NCBI RefSeq assembly: GCF_018350175.1
Contig: NC_058368.1
Coordinates: 119,662,001 to 119,726,000, forward strand
Direction: 5' to 3'
DNA length: 64,000 bases
Source of the DNA: Felis catus
Taxonomy: Eukaryota
The notes beneath the pieces are model-generated. The model was given only the letters and a program-made list of their open reading frames with translations, searched no databases and was not told where the DNA came from. The position numbers were made by a program, and so were the translations under genes. Of the stretch, positions 12,300-25,099 are shown in pieces; the stretch's first letter is position 1; each line of letters begins with the position of its first letter.

Positions 12300-12643
12300 C
12301 AGATTTGCCCCCGACCCAGCGGTAAGGGCTCCAGACCTGGCTAGTTCCCACATCAGCCACACCAGCCCCACCCAACTTGGTCCTCAACCTAATTGGTTCT
12401 ACCTTCTTCTACAAGCTGGTGGAATTATTAGAAGAAGCCAATAATATACCCCCATGGAAAGCAGGGATCACGCCGCCCTCTTGAAACTACAAAGTTTGTC
12501 TCCCACAGCTGCTGCCGGTTCACTCTATTCCTGTGAGTAAATGTGATTAATAATAAGCTGCTGCCCACCTCATCTGTCCAGTGTCGTGTCGTATGTTCAG
12601 CGAATCCCTCCTTCACCATCAGGCTGAATAGGTGATCAGAACA
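12300..12643 (+). mobile_element. Probable old solo LTR fragment (ERVL-like, family uncertain)
   Basis: CCAAT, a TATA-like remnant, an AATAA-like signal followed by ctcatctgtccagtgtcgtgtc, and an end ...gatcagaaCA. Confidence 0.4.
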
Positions 12644-13435
12644 AGGGATTTGATCAATTACTAATATGGCTAGTGTCATAATCATCACTGCATCCTTTTT
12701 GTGACTTTCAGATGCTAGGTGACAAAGATGAGATGGTAAATGCGTGAGTAATTGTAACTATCTCATTACATCAGAAGCTCTATTAAGAGAGCAGTCATGT
12801 TTATTGTTTACTTTGTGTTCCAGTGCTAGGACAGAATAATGCTGCGTGTGTGGCATTTATTTATTTAACAAATATTTATTGAGAATCCCCCACGTGGCAG
12901 TCACTATATGTGACATACGGACTCTGCGTCTGCCTCTTGGTGCTCTAAGCTTGAAGGAGTCCAATATTCCCATGCTCCCTTGTAGACCAGCTGCACGCTA
13001 ATCATCTCTAGCCATCCTCTTTGAGAAATGCTCCTGCTCCTCAGTGCCTTCTGCTTGATGAAGCCATTACTAAGTTTCTATCCAGCCAGGCTTCCATTCC
13101 TTATTTGTGAACTAGAAGGTCCAGCCCAATCAAGGGCTCTCATTTGCGGATATGCTGCTTGGGAGAATGTTTATAGTAACCTGCTAGTGGATGTCAGTGA
13201 TAATAATGCCCTTAAAGCACGAGGCTTGATCTGTCTCCAAGACTGCGCTGTCCTGAGCATTAGTGCACATGGGATGTGACAATGAGTGATAGCATATAAT
13301 GAGCCTCTTTTTTTTTATTGTTTTCAGGGCAGGTGACTGGGTCCAAGCCAATTGGAATCTACAGAAGCACTAATCTACTCTTCTGGCATTTAATTTCTTA
13401 AATTATCCTGCCATAGTCCCAAAGACAGTTATCCC

Positions 13436-13659
13436 CTGCTCTGGTTATCTATTGCTTGGTAAAAATAACACCTCAAAACTTTATGGCTTAAAATGACAAT
13501 AACATTAATTTTCCTCACAAATCTATTTCAGGCAGGACTCGGCAAGGATAGTTCATCTCTGTTCCACACAGCTTCAGCTGGGGGCCTGACGGCTGGGGAT
13601 TGGAATGGTCTGAGAGCTCGCTCATTTAGAGGTCTGGTTTTTTTTCATGTTTATTCATT

Positions 13660-13691
<32 letters not shown>

Positions 13692-14105
13692 CATGAGCAG
13701 GAGAGAGGCAGAGAGAGAGGGGGACAGAGGATCCAAAGTGGGTTCTGCGCTGACAGCAGCAAGCCCTATGTGGGGCTCAAACTCGTGAACCGTGAGACCT
13801 GAAGTGAAGTAGGACGCTTAACCTATTGAGCCACCCAGGCACCCCATACAGGTCTGCCTTTTGATGGTAGTTGCAACTTGGGACTTTTAAGGGAGCTCTC
13901 AGCCAGAATATATACATGTGGACTCTCCCTATGGCATAGGCTTCCTCAGAGTTTGGTGACTGTATTCTGAGGAAAAACATCCTGAAAGATAGAGTCAGCC
14001 AGAAGTTGGGTGACACCACTCCACTATTCTCGGAAACCACACAGCATCATTTCTGACACATGCTATTGGCTAGAAACAAGTCTCTGAAGCTGGCCTATGT
14101 TCAAT
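13436..14105 (-). mobile_element. MaLR (MLT1-like) LTR interrupted by a SINE
   Basis: gttatctattgct...cctcaaaactttatggcttaaaa...; cacagcatcatttctgacacatgctattgg are typical antisense MLT1 motifs. Confidence 0.6.
13638..13845 (-). mobile_element. Carnivore SINE nested in the MLT1 LTR
   Basis: Reverse-complement SINE; aggtctg on both flanks. Confidence 0.9.
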
Positions 14106-14119
14106 TAAACTGAATTAAA

Positions 14120-14182
14120 ATTTTTTAATGTTTATTTATTTGAGAGGGAGAGAGAGAGTGTGTGTGTGTGTGATGGGGGAGG

Positions 14183-14224
<42 letters not shown>

Positions 14225-14411
14225 ACCCGAAGCAGTCTCCAGGCCTGCAGGCACAGGCGGGAGAGGAATAGGGAGACAGGGAGAGAGGATCCCAAGCAGG
14301 CTCTACAATGTCAGCGCAGAGCCCAATAGGGGCTTCGATCTCACGAACAGTGAGATCATGACCTGAGACAAAATCAAGAGTCGGAGGCTTAACCGAGTCA
14401 CCCAAGCACCC
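14120..14411 (-). mobile_element. Composite SINE (full-length head plus a second 3' half)
   Basis: Two successive copies of the ...gaa(t/c)cc(c/g)aagcag.. 3' region (~14223 and ~14287) but only one head (14411). Confidence 0.8.
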
Positions 14412-14894
14412 GAGATTTTTTCCATTTTAAAGCTACCACTTTCCAATGGGATACAAGTGGAAAAAAGAATAGCATACATTTTTTTTTTTTGTAATCAGAA
14501 AGACTGATACTCATTAGTAACAATGAAGAAATGAAGAATTCTAAATAGGTATTGGATCCTAACATCTAATAAATATAAAGGCTAAAGGGCTATGTCAAGA
14601 CCGAATATGTTGGTTGGTATTTTGTGGTTCTGTAGATGTGGTCTTATTATATGCATTTAGGGATGCCATTCAATTACTAGTCAAGTATTCTGCTCCTTAC
14701 ATGCTGTTACTCCTCAAAGAAACATGATCTCTAAATCAAGTACTTTATTCACAGAATAAACCATAGTTATTTGGATAGTTATTTGGATAACTATTCTGTA
14801 GAGCTCTTTCCTTACCTACAATAACATACATTTATTGTTTGCTTATTTTTTTCATGCTACAAAAAGGATGACTCCCTTTTAAAATATCTTTCTT

Positions 14895-15195
14895 AAACAT
14901 TTTTGTTTAAATTCCAGTTAGTTAACACACGGTTTAACTTTAGTTTCAGGTGTACAATATAGTGATTCGACAATTCCATACATCACTTGGGGCTCATCAA
15001 GTCAATCACACTCCTTGATCTCCATCACCTATTTTACCCATCCCCCACCCACCTCCTCTCCAGTAACCATTAGTTTCTTCTCTATAGGTAAGAGTCTGTT
15101 TCTTGGTTAGCCTCTCTCTTTTTCTCTCTCTTCCCTGCGCCCCTTTGCTCGTTTGTGTTGTTTCTTAAATCCACGTTTGAGTGAAATCATATGCT
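14895..15195 (-). mobile_element. Carnivore L1 3'-end fragment
   Basis: tagtttcaggtgtacaatatagtgattcgacaattccatac...gagtgaaatcatatg. Confidence 0.75.
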
Positions 15196-15899
15196 TTTGT
15201 TTCTAGAATTTTACATCAGTAGAATGTTTATGTCGTGCTCATTTTGCCCCCTAGTGGTTTCTTATGTCCTCGTTCATTCCACATTTACATGTAATTTTCA
15301 AATCTTTTGGAATGTTAGGAAGGAAAAGTGTCCCCCTGACCCCCTTGCCACCTGCATCTCATTGTACAGAAGAGGGCATCAGGACCCAGAAAACTTATGG
15401 GACTTGTCTGATGTCAAACATCCAGCTAGAAGCAGAAATTCAACATTGTTCTCCCATCCCACTAGAAATAAGCCCTACAAGGGCAGGACAGTTTTGTTCA
15501 GTAATGAACATGAACAGTGCTAGTGACTGGCAAATGGTAGGTGCTCAATAAATATTTTATGAATGATAAAAATGAGTGAATTAATGAATCAAAACTGGAA
15601 GGACTATCTATAGATCCCATGCCATATCTATCTATCTATCTATCTATCTAAAATTCCAGGTAACATACAGTTTAACTCTGGAGTATGTCTTCTCATCCTC
15701 ATAATAAATCTTTCACACAGCACTAGATACTTGATTCCATTTTACCCCACAATATTTCAACCCCTTAAACTATCTCATACTTCACTTGATTTGTCATTAG
15801 GTTTATTTTAGTATTATGATTCATTTATTTATTCGATGTTAGTGAGTACCAGCTGCATCAGGCAGCATGCTACCTACAGAGCTACCAAAAGGTTGTTAA

Positions 15900-16087
15900 A
15901 ATTTTTTTATTTAAAAATTTTTATTCTTAATTACAGCAAAATACACATATCATACAATGTATCATCTTAACCAATTTTTTTAGGTGTACAGTGCAATATT
16001 CACATTGTTGTGCAACCAACCTCTAGAACGTTTTCACATTGCAAAACTGAAACTCCATACCCTTTTTTTCAATGTTTATTTATTTAT

Positions 16088-16121
<34 letters not shown>

Positions 16122-17012
16122 AGAGAGGGGCAGAGAGAGGAGAGAGAAAATCCCACACAGGCTCTGCACTGTCAGTGTAGAGCCAGACCAGGGCTCGATT
16201 TTACAAACTGTAAAATCATGAGATCATAAGTCATGTAAAACTGAGACCATGACCTGAGCTGAAATCAAGAGTCCGATGCTCAGCCAACTGAGCTACCCAG
16301 GCTCCCCATCCATACTGTTTTAACAATTCCCCATTACCCCTTCTTCCAGCCCCAGCCACCACAATTGTATTTTCTATTTCTACACACTTGACAACTCCAC
16401 ATACCTCACAAACTTGGAATAATACAGTATTTGTCTTTCTGTCATTGTCTAATTTCACTTAACATAATGTCCTCAATGTTCCTCAATGTGGTACCATAGA
16501 TCAGAATTTCCTTTACTGTTAAGACTGAATAATATTCCGCTGGATGTGTATACCATATTTTATTTATCCTTTTATCCACTGATGGATATTTGGGTTGTTT
16601 CCACCTTTTAGCTATTGTCAATAATGCTTCTGTGAACATGGGTTTACATGTATTCTGTTCAAGACCCTGATTTCTTGGATATATACTGAAAAGTAGAATT
16701 GCTAAGTCATATAGTAATTTTTAACTGTTTTTACTTTTAATTTTTAAGACAAATTTTCTGAGAAACAGCCATACTGTTTTCCATAGTGGATGCATTTTAT
16801 ATTCCCACCAACAGCATACAAGCATTCCAATTTCCCCACATCCTGGCCAATGCTTGCGGTTTTCCAGTTTTTTGATGGTAGTCATTCTAACGGGCGTGAG
16901 GTGGTATCTTATGGATTTGATTTGCATTTCCCTAATGATTAGTGATGTTGAGCATCTTTTCACATGCTTATTGGTCATCTGCATGTCCTCTCTGGAGAAA
17001 TGTCTATTCAGG
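15900..17012 (-). mobile_element. 5'-truncated L1 (ORF2 C-terminus remnant + 3' UTR) with a nested SINE
   Basis: Minus-strand ORFs contain [32 protein letters not shown]...YHLTPVRM...PLWKTVW and MFTEALLTIAKRWKQPKYPS, both classic L1 ORF2p C-terminal motifs, and are disrupted. Confidence 0.92.
16063..16307 (-). mobile_element. Carnivore SINE nested in L1
   Basis: Reverse-complement SINE flanked by tccatac on both sides. Confidence 0.88.
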
Positions 17013-17159
17013 AAATTGCTATGAAGAGGCATTTTTGATTCATCAGTTTCTTCCTCTGGATACAGAAAAATGTCAGCTGGCAATATAAAACCCATTCTCC
17101 CTACTTTTTCTTTTGTACATTGTATCCCCACTTATTTAAGATCTGAATAGTAATGATAA

Positions 17160-17420
17160 GATAGCTAAAGCTTGCATCACACCTGCACAAGTTCTGCCCC
17201 AGGCATTGTTCTGAGTAACTTGCATATACATTAATTTAATCTTCAAAACATCCCTATAAGGTGGCTATTATTACCATCTGCCATTTACAGAGGATGTCAT
17301 GGAGGTGCAAATAGGTAAGTGACTAGCCCAAAGTCACATGGCTAATGAGCTGTAGTGCCAGGATTTGTATCGGGTGGGACAGCTGGTTTCAGAGTCTATG
17401 CACCTAATCACAACATTATT
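17160..17420. mobile_element. MIR fragment
   Basis: tttaatcttcaaaacatccctataaggtgg...ccatttacagagg...gcccaaagtcacatggcta. Confidence 0.65.
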
Positions 17421-17969
17421 TCTCCCCTCTGACACCCACTAAATCATTTTTATATCACCTACATATTTTTTGTGATATCTTCTTGGCAAGTCTTCTATGG
17501 AGGTTTACATGATCTTGGATTGCAGATAATGAAAAATAAATGCAAATTGATTACATTGTAAAAAAGGAATCCATTGCTCTGCTGGATGGCAAGTCCAGGG
17601 TACAGTTAGCTTCAGATATGTTTGAATGCAGTGGCCAAAGAGGTATTATAAGCCCCAATAATATCAGCAAATGTCCTCAAGTCACATCCCTTTGGCTCTG
17701 ATTGAGCCCAATGCCCATTGGTGGTGAATCATGGTGGCAGAGAGTATGATAAAATCAAGTAAGTCCTATGCCCACAACTGTAACAAACGTGGCATGAATA
17801 CCACCTCAATTCCAGAAACTTGCAGTGGTGGAGGGGTGGTCCCTAGGAAGTATTACTGGACACCAATTTACACTTGGGGGGGCATTGGTAGGGAGGCTGT
17901 TTTTTCTTCTTTTGGGGACAAATACACAGGCAAAATTATTGCTTTCAAAAACAGTTTGCTTATAATTGT

Positions 17970-18235
17970 GTGAGTAATACAAAACATTCATTTGGTGCTC
18001 ACTGTATACCAAACACATCCTAAGTATTTTACATGTGTTGCCTGACTAATCCTCACTTGAACTCTGTAAGGCAAATGGTATTATTAACCCATTTTACTGA
18101 TGAGAAAACCAAGGTGCATAAGTGGCTGGGTATACCTGGAAGAGAAGGTCATAACTTGCCCTCAGTGATCCACTTTATAACGGGTGCGGCCAAGATTCTC
18201 ATCCAGGCAGACTGGTTCCAGAGCCTCTTCTCCAC
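17970..18235. mobile_element. MIR fragment
   Basis: cccattttactgatgagaaaaccaagg core. Confidence 0.6.
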
Positions 18236-18284
18236 TTCCATAGTTATGGAGGTTTCTTGCTATGTATAGAAACTAAAGCTCGCA

Positions 18285-18495
18285 GGGGTGCCTGGGAGGC
18301 TCAGCCCTTTAAGTGTCTGATTCTTGATTTCGGCTCAGGTCATGGTCTCTTGTGGGTTCAAGCCCCATGTTGGCTCTTTGTTGACAGTATAGATCCCTGC
18401 TTGGGATCCTCTGTCTCCTTCTCTCTCCACTCCCCCCCGCCCCCCAACCGACTCACTCTCTGTCAAAATAAATAAATAAACATTAAAAAAAAATA
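18285..18495 (+). mobile_element. Carnivore SINE
   Basis: Head, CT tract and aaataaataaacattaaaa tail; aaagctc flanks. Confidence 0.88.
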
Positions 18496-21134
18496 CAGAA
18501 AGAAGCCAAAGCTCAGAAACTTCAAAGCCTGATATTCACTCAGGAAAGACATCAGGGACTCTCATTGGTCAACACTGCTCACACCTAACAATTTGGGCTT
18601 ACACTAAGCAACCAAAATTTATAAATATATGAGGAAAACATATAAATATGTAGTCTGTGCTAGACCCTGATTTCCAAAAAAACTGACTAATTGTACCTGT
18701 TCAGAGTTGAAGGGACGTGATTGAAAATTAAAAAAAAAAAATATCTGTACTATCAGTCAAAACCAGTCATCATCATAAGCATTGATTATTTTATTTAGAA
18801 GAACTTCAGTAGCATTCTAGTTTTTCAGTTTTTTTTTAATAAGCATAGCTGCAAAGTCTCTCTTTCACCTGTTAAAATAAAGCAAAAGGAGTTTTTAACC
18901 AGTTAGCTTAGGCAAGTACCCACATTTTCTCTGCAAGTCACTCCCAAGGAACAAAGCATCAAAGGCAATATACCAGAGATACATTAAAGTTCTAATATCT
19001 TGCAAACAATGATTAAGATAAAAGATTTTTGTTATATTTTCCTTTAAAATAGTCATACTTTAAGGTGGTGTTAAAAAAAATCAAACAAATTGGCAGTCCT
19101 CAATGAATTGGAAGGAGACAGAGGATCATTCTAGAGCCAATTTTACCACGAGGTGTGTAATAGTAGCCTTTTAGCTATTCTTGGCCTCAACTTCCTCGAC
19201 TGAAAAATGAAGGAGTCAAAATTGGAATGGGGGTGTGCCAATATATCAATTCATCCAATGACTGTTTATTGAGCACCTCTTAAGTACCAGGCACTGCGCC
19301 TGATGCTGGTGAGGAGCTACAGAAATGAAAAGAATGGATGGGATTCCTATCTTGCAGAACAGTCAGTGCTATTGGGGGAGACAGACCTGGGGCCACTTTA
19401 GAGTTATACATCTAGAGGTGAGCTTTCTTGTCCTGCTATTGGGGGGACAGACAGACAGAGTGATTCAAATAATCACTCATCAAATAGTCAAAAGACTCCT
19501 TACTTTTCAGTTCCTAAATTCCATATGCACAGAAACATAAAAGAATAATTCATAAAACACAAATCATCGTATGTGTTTATTTGAGAGATGTGATAAATGC
19601 CATTTTATTGTTTAGACTCATTTCCTCCCCAGACTGTTAGCTATGTATATTGCAAACTACTCATGATGATTTTCTACCTGTCAATGCCATAATGCATTGT
19701 CCTGGCTCATGTTATAATAATAGTACTATGCATATTGAATGCATAATTTCAAATGATAATTCAGTCTTCATTTTCATCTCATTCTTAGAACTTTTTTTGA
19801 GCAAGAAGAGATTGAAAAATAATGCAGTCTTATTCTTAAGTCTGTGACAGCAGTTGTGATGTCACAAGTCAGGTCCATAATGAAATCTTCTGTAGAGATT
19901 TTGGTTTTATCTTTAAAAACTATCCTACATGTTCCACCTGTCTCTAATTGGGCGGAAAGTGGGAGGGGAGGAGAGTCAACCAGTAGCCTGCTTAGAATAT
20001 TTTTGTCAGCAGCTATTCCATCTCGGGCTGTGATTTCATGAACAGATATTTGTGCAAGACATTGCTTCCCTGACCACCGCCTTCAGCCCCACCAGAAGTG
20101 GATGTGATTGGTTTAGTGTATAGCACTCTTCACTATGAGTCTAGTTTATGCATGCTGCTAGACTTATGCATACATTCCATATCTGGACTTGTTTGTCACT
20201 ACAGTAGACAAGAGGCTCTGATCATCTGCAGTCATGATAGGTTCCTTGCTTCTTGTCGCGATAGCAAGCCTGCTTTGATGTAAAAGAGGTTTGGCAAATG
20301 TTATGTTTGATTATGAACTTGCCCAAATCTTAAGAATTCATCTGGCTTTTTCAGTCAATTGTGATTCTTCTCTGCAAATTCACCTTTGGTACTTCTGAAA
20401 AGCTAGCAATATTTGCTGTGTGTCAGTCTCAGACTCCCTGTTATCTAGCAGTAGGGACTCACTAAGGCCAAATTATCATCTTAGATTTTCTTTTTCCGTA
20501 CGCCTTCCAGTGAGATCCATGAGAATACCAAGTTTTAACAGTCCATTTTATGGTGCACTTTAGAGTTGTATATCTAGAGGTGAGCTTTCTTGTCCTGTAT
20601 TTTTTTTCTTAATCTCTGAAGGACAGTTACCTCAAAATGACCCGGCTGATGGTTAATAGAGTGGACATTTCAGCCTCTGGCACATTTGTCATTGGGTAGT
20701 ATCAGTAAAGGACTGGAATAGGTGTAGGGGGTAGAGTAGGAATGGATGGGAGGGTGTGTGTAACTTGAAAACACGAGATGGGTTATGGGATACTGTCTTT
20801 CCCAATCAAATACCTCCCTCTCACACACTCACACAAAGGTTGAGAACCAATACTAAGCGAAAGCCCTCAAGAGCTAATCTTCCTGTACAGAAGTGCCAAA
20901 AGGAAAATAAAGGTCAACTACATACAACATAATTAAGTGAAAGTCCTGAGGTCTTGAACTCATTTGTGGGAATCTGATGGCAACACTAATTTGCAAGACT
21001 TTTGATGAATATGATGAGTAACAATGGTATCAAAGTATTCACTTAGACTTTTCAGACCTTCTTAATTATGTCTATAATTAAGACTATATTGTACTTAAAT
21101 TTATTGGAGTAGTAGTTCTGAAAATATTTAATGC

Positions 21135-21290
21135 ATAGCTCTGAACCTATGTGGGGGACACGGACTATTTTGAAATTCGTGTGAACTCCATAATCTCTAG
21201 AAAACATGCAACAGGTACACAGAGTTTTACATACAATTTCAGGGGATTCATGAATTTTGTGAAGTTCATACGTGGACAAGGTTAAGAATG
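21135..21290. mobile_element. hAT-Charlie MITE (Charlie4z-like)
   Basis: agaaaacatgca...ttttacatacaatttcaggggattcatg...aggttaagaa resembles the recalled consensus. Confidence 0.5.
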
Positions 21291-21294
21291 GGAT

Positions 21295-21502
21295 TTTTTT
21301 TTAATTAATTTATTTTGAAACACAGAGACAGCACAAATGGGGGGAGGGGCAGAGAGAGGGAGAGAGAGAGAGAATCCCAAGCAGCCTCTACACTGACAGC
21401 ACAGAGCCAGAGGTGGGGCTCAAACCCACAAAACCGCGACATGTCGACTTGAGCCGATAACAAGAGTCGGACACTTAACCGACTGAGCCACCCAGACACC
21501 CC
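21295..21502 (-). mobile_element. Carnivore SINE with TSD
   Basis: TSD aagaatgggat at 21284-21294 and 21503-21513. Confidence 0.93.
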
Positions 21503-23390
21503 AAGAATGGGATGTTTAAATCAAATTTTGCTGGGTAATGGAATACAGATTTCCTGTCTGAGTGACTATGTTTTCAGTTGCCTGAACAATGCACATGGCC
21601 TTGAGTTTTTCCAGTGGGTAGCCAGCATCCTCTTCCCTCTTCTCTTCCATTGTAACATGGCACGGTTATCTCATTTTACTTTGCCTGGTTGTCACATTCC
21701 TCATCCTTTTCTGAGGGTTTTTAAGGTAAATTGCTATTTTATTATTTTTCTTCCTTCTCCAGAATGGTTCTAAAGAGTTTATGTGGCCCCTGTGTCAGAA
21801 CTACTTATTGCATGCAGGATGAGGCTGACAAACCACAACCTGTGAAGACAGACTGGGGAAATCCACCGGAAAGAGTCTTGGGAAGGAACTGCAGATTGGT
21901 TGTGGGTAAGCAGGCGCAGAGAGAGCAATGAATTACATAAACACGAATGTCTGCATTTTGATGACTCCCCCCTCTTCCCACCCACGGTCAGGCACTTAGT
22001 CACTGTTTCCTCTGTGTCTCCTTAACTCTATTATACCTTGATTATAGCTCCTATCACTGCACTAGGATTATTTGTTTATGAGTCTGTGTCTCTTACCAGA
22101 CTATGAGCAATTCCAAGACAGACTCCATGACTTATTTATCTCTGTACCCCAATCCGGTGTCTGGGTTAAGAGTGCACGCTCTGGAGTCAGACTGTCTGCG
22201 TTCAAATCCATGCTCTGTACATATGAATAGGATGACTTAGTCAGGCTATGCAATTTATTTGAGACTTGGTTTTTCTCTTTCTCTTTTTTTCTTTCCTTTT
22301 TCTCCCTTCCTCCCTCCCTCCCTCCCTTTCTTCCTTCCTGCTTTCCTGCCTCCTCTCCTTTCTTTGCCTCAATTTCCTTTGTACCTAAAAGTATCATACG
22401 ACTAATATTTATTGGTTAACTGTGAAGAATAAATGAAATAATGCCTAGCACAGTGTCTGTCTCTACAGATATAATAATAGATATTACTATTATATCTATT
22501 ATCATTACTGTTGATTGTTGCATATTATTACTTACTGTAGTTCACCTGCTGGGAAAAAAGTCTTTTAAGCTTAAACTACCAAAGAGCACACATTTCTCCC
22601 ACCTCTTTCCTTGTTGCCTCTGCCCTCTTTGCTACTAATGCCCCTCCTCTGCAACATGCAATTGATATCCTCCTTGCTTTACCTTTTCACCTTGTACTTA
22701 TCATCATCTGACACCTGATATGTTTATTTGATTATTGTCTAGAATGTAAACTCCATGAAGGAGAAGCTTTGGCTGGTTTCACTGGTGTCCCCACTACAGC
22801 AATGCCTGCCTGGCACATGAAATATTCTCAGCAAATATTTGTTGAACGAATCAATGGATGGATGGATGGACACACAGAGACAACAACACACATAAAGCAT
22901 TCTCACTCTTGGATTTAGGTGAACCTCGCTGATTGTTGCTCCATGTTAAGCACTAAATGTGTGCATTCCTTCACTTGGCCAAATGGTCAGAGAGCAGCTT
23001 TTACCTTTATTTCTCTTTCTTCCATGATTGGAGGGGAAAATACTTTCCAAAAGTGTTGCAAAAACTGAAGCGATTAGCACTTCCATGTCAAAGCCGTACC
23101 CTTCAGTGGAGCTGTGGAGGGAAATGGCTGAGGGGCAGGGGTCTCCTCTGAGAGGTGAGAAAGGACATGGCAGGACAAGGGTTGGCAAGCTCTCTGTGAC
23201 CTTGTGGGAGTGGCTGTTGTTAAACAGCTTGTTTCTGTCATGTCTGCTCAGAGACTCTCAGTGACTGTTCGTCCTTCACAGTTTTAAGTGCAAAGTCCTC
23301 AGCAGCTCTCCTCTTCTTGTTCCACAGGTACCTTCCATTCCAGCCAAACTGGATCATTCCCTGTTCTTTCCCAGCTTCCATACTCCTGTT

Positions 23391-23391
<1 letters not shown>

Positions 23392-23434
<43 letters not shown>
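23392..23434. repeat. (CA)n microsatellite
   Basis: Pure CA run. Confidence 0.95.
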
Positions 23435-23437
<3 letters not shown>

Positions 23438-23811
23438 CTCTTTCAACTGAAATTTTTCCCTTCTGCAAAGTACTTCTTTTTTTTTTTTCTCCCTAGATTC
23501 TACAGTCCTTCAAGGTGCAATTACAGCCACTGTCTAGCCAGGATATTTCCTCTCATTTCTCTCCCATTTCTCCACCTTAAACTTTGGAAACAGCAGCTGA
23601 GTTCTTCCTCAGATTCCTTCAAGAATTTTTACCTTCTTTGGAGGGGTGCTTGCCAAGCTTTCCCTACATGGCGCTGTCACCAGAATTGTTTGCTAAATTG
23701 TCTTGAGGGATAGGACCCTTTTCTTTCCATTTTCTACGTGAACCAGACATTCACTGACCGTTTCTGAGTAAGTCTCTGGGTATATAGCTGAATATATCCA
23801 TTTTATTAGCA

Positions 23812-23822
23812 GAAGAAAGAAA

Positions 23823-23887
<65 letters not shown>
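23812..23887. repeat. (GAAA)n tetranucleotide microsatellite
   Basis: Long, near-perfect GAAA array. Confidence 0.95.
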
Positions 23888-25099
23888 GGTGAGTCCTTAG
23901 GGCCTCTCTGATGATAACATGTTAAATATGAAGTGTTTTTTCCCATATGGGCAATACAGGTGAATTTTTTTCACCATCTATTCTGTAAAAAGCAAAACCA
24001 TAATGAATATAAATACAGAGCTGAGCTTGTATTTCTTGAGCCCACAGTGAGAAGTCGTCATTTTCTCACAACCCTTGGCAGGACCCCGGGGCGGGGGACC
24101 TCATTGCTAACTTTTTTCGGGACTTGAGACTTAGCAAGTAGAAAGAAACAAGCAATTGAAACTGAGATTCACTCTGAGGGGGTGGATAAGTCAACAGGGT
24201 TACTCAGCGGAATGTTCAATTAGTTCCTCAGCACCTCAAGTCTGTGTGAGAGTCTGTGATAACACTGCCCCCTTCTGTTCCTCTAGATTGTTAGTGCTGG
24301 TGACTTCTCAAGTCTGGTTTGATGGTCCTGACATGAATTTTAATTTCCAAGAAATGCTTGCTTAAGGCAGAGAGGAAGGGAACTCTTAGGTTTAATGTGA
24401 GACACGATTTTATTCTGTCAAGGTCTCTCTTTTTATAGTTCCCTTGGCCATTAAATTTTGTTGTGGGGTTTTTGTTCCTTTGCATTATAATTGGATATTA
24501 TATTTCAGGGGAACGAATGAAGTCAAGAATTGTAACAAAATTAATTCACTTATTAGTTCGTATTCTAAGGGATTACTTGATTTTTTTATAGTTCCTAAAA
24601 CTTCCCTATGTCTTCCCTTGGAAGTTAAAGCACAACCACTGGTCGATGCATGGCCAATGACTCTTTTCATCTAAGACAGAACCTCTCAGATTGAGAGCAG
24701 TTAAAGAGCTAAAAATGCTGGTTCTTCACGTACAAAAGCCAGCACCACTTCCTCTGCAGAGCATTGTTTGTGAAATGACTTACCTCAGAACTTCTGAACT
24801 GCTTTGTAACTCTTTTCCCCTTTCCTTGCAAGCCCCTTTATGTATCTCTAAAGTAGTTGAGGCCAGATAGCATAGGGCTTTGGATCTACATCCAGAACAT
24901 TATTCTAAAAACAAGGGGGAGCCAATTAAGATATCTGGGCAAACAACTTTGCACTTTGGAAGGAGGACACTGTCAGCTTTGTGTTGAACGAAACGAGATG
25001 AACAAAGCTTGGAAGGAAGGAGAACATTAGCAGATCCACACAATGATCCTGGCGCCGGTACCTACACAATGCAAGCAAAATCCTTCCCAGTTTTTCCTC

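Noticed and set aside
16442..17131. ORFs with recognisable protein similarity
   Set aside because: Decayed L1 ORF2 C-terminus, not a host gene.
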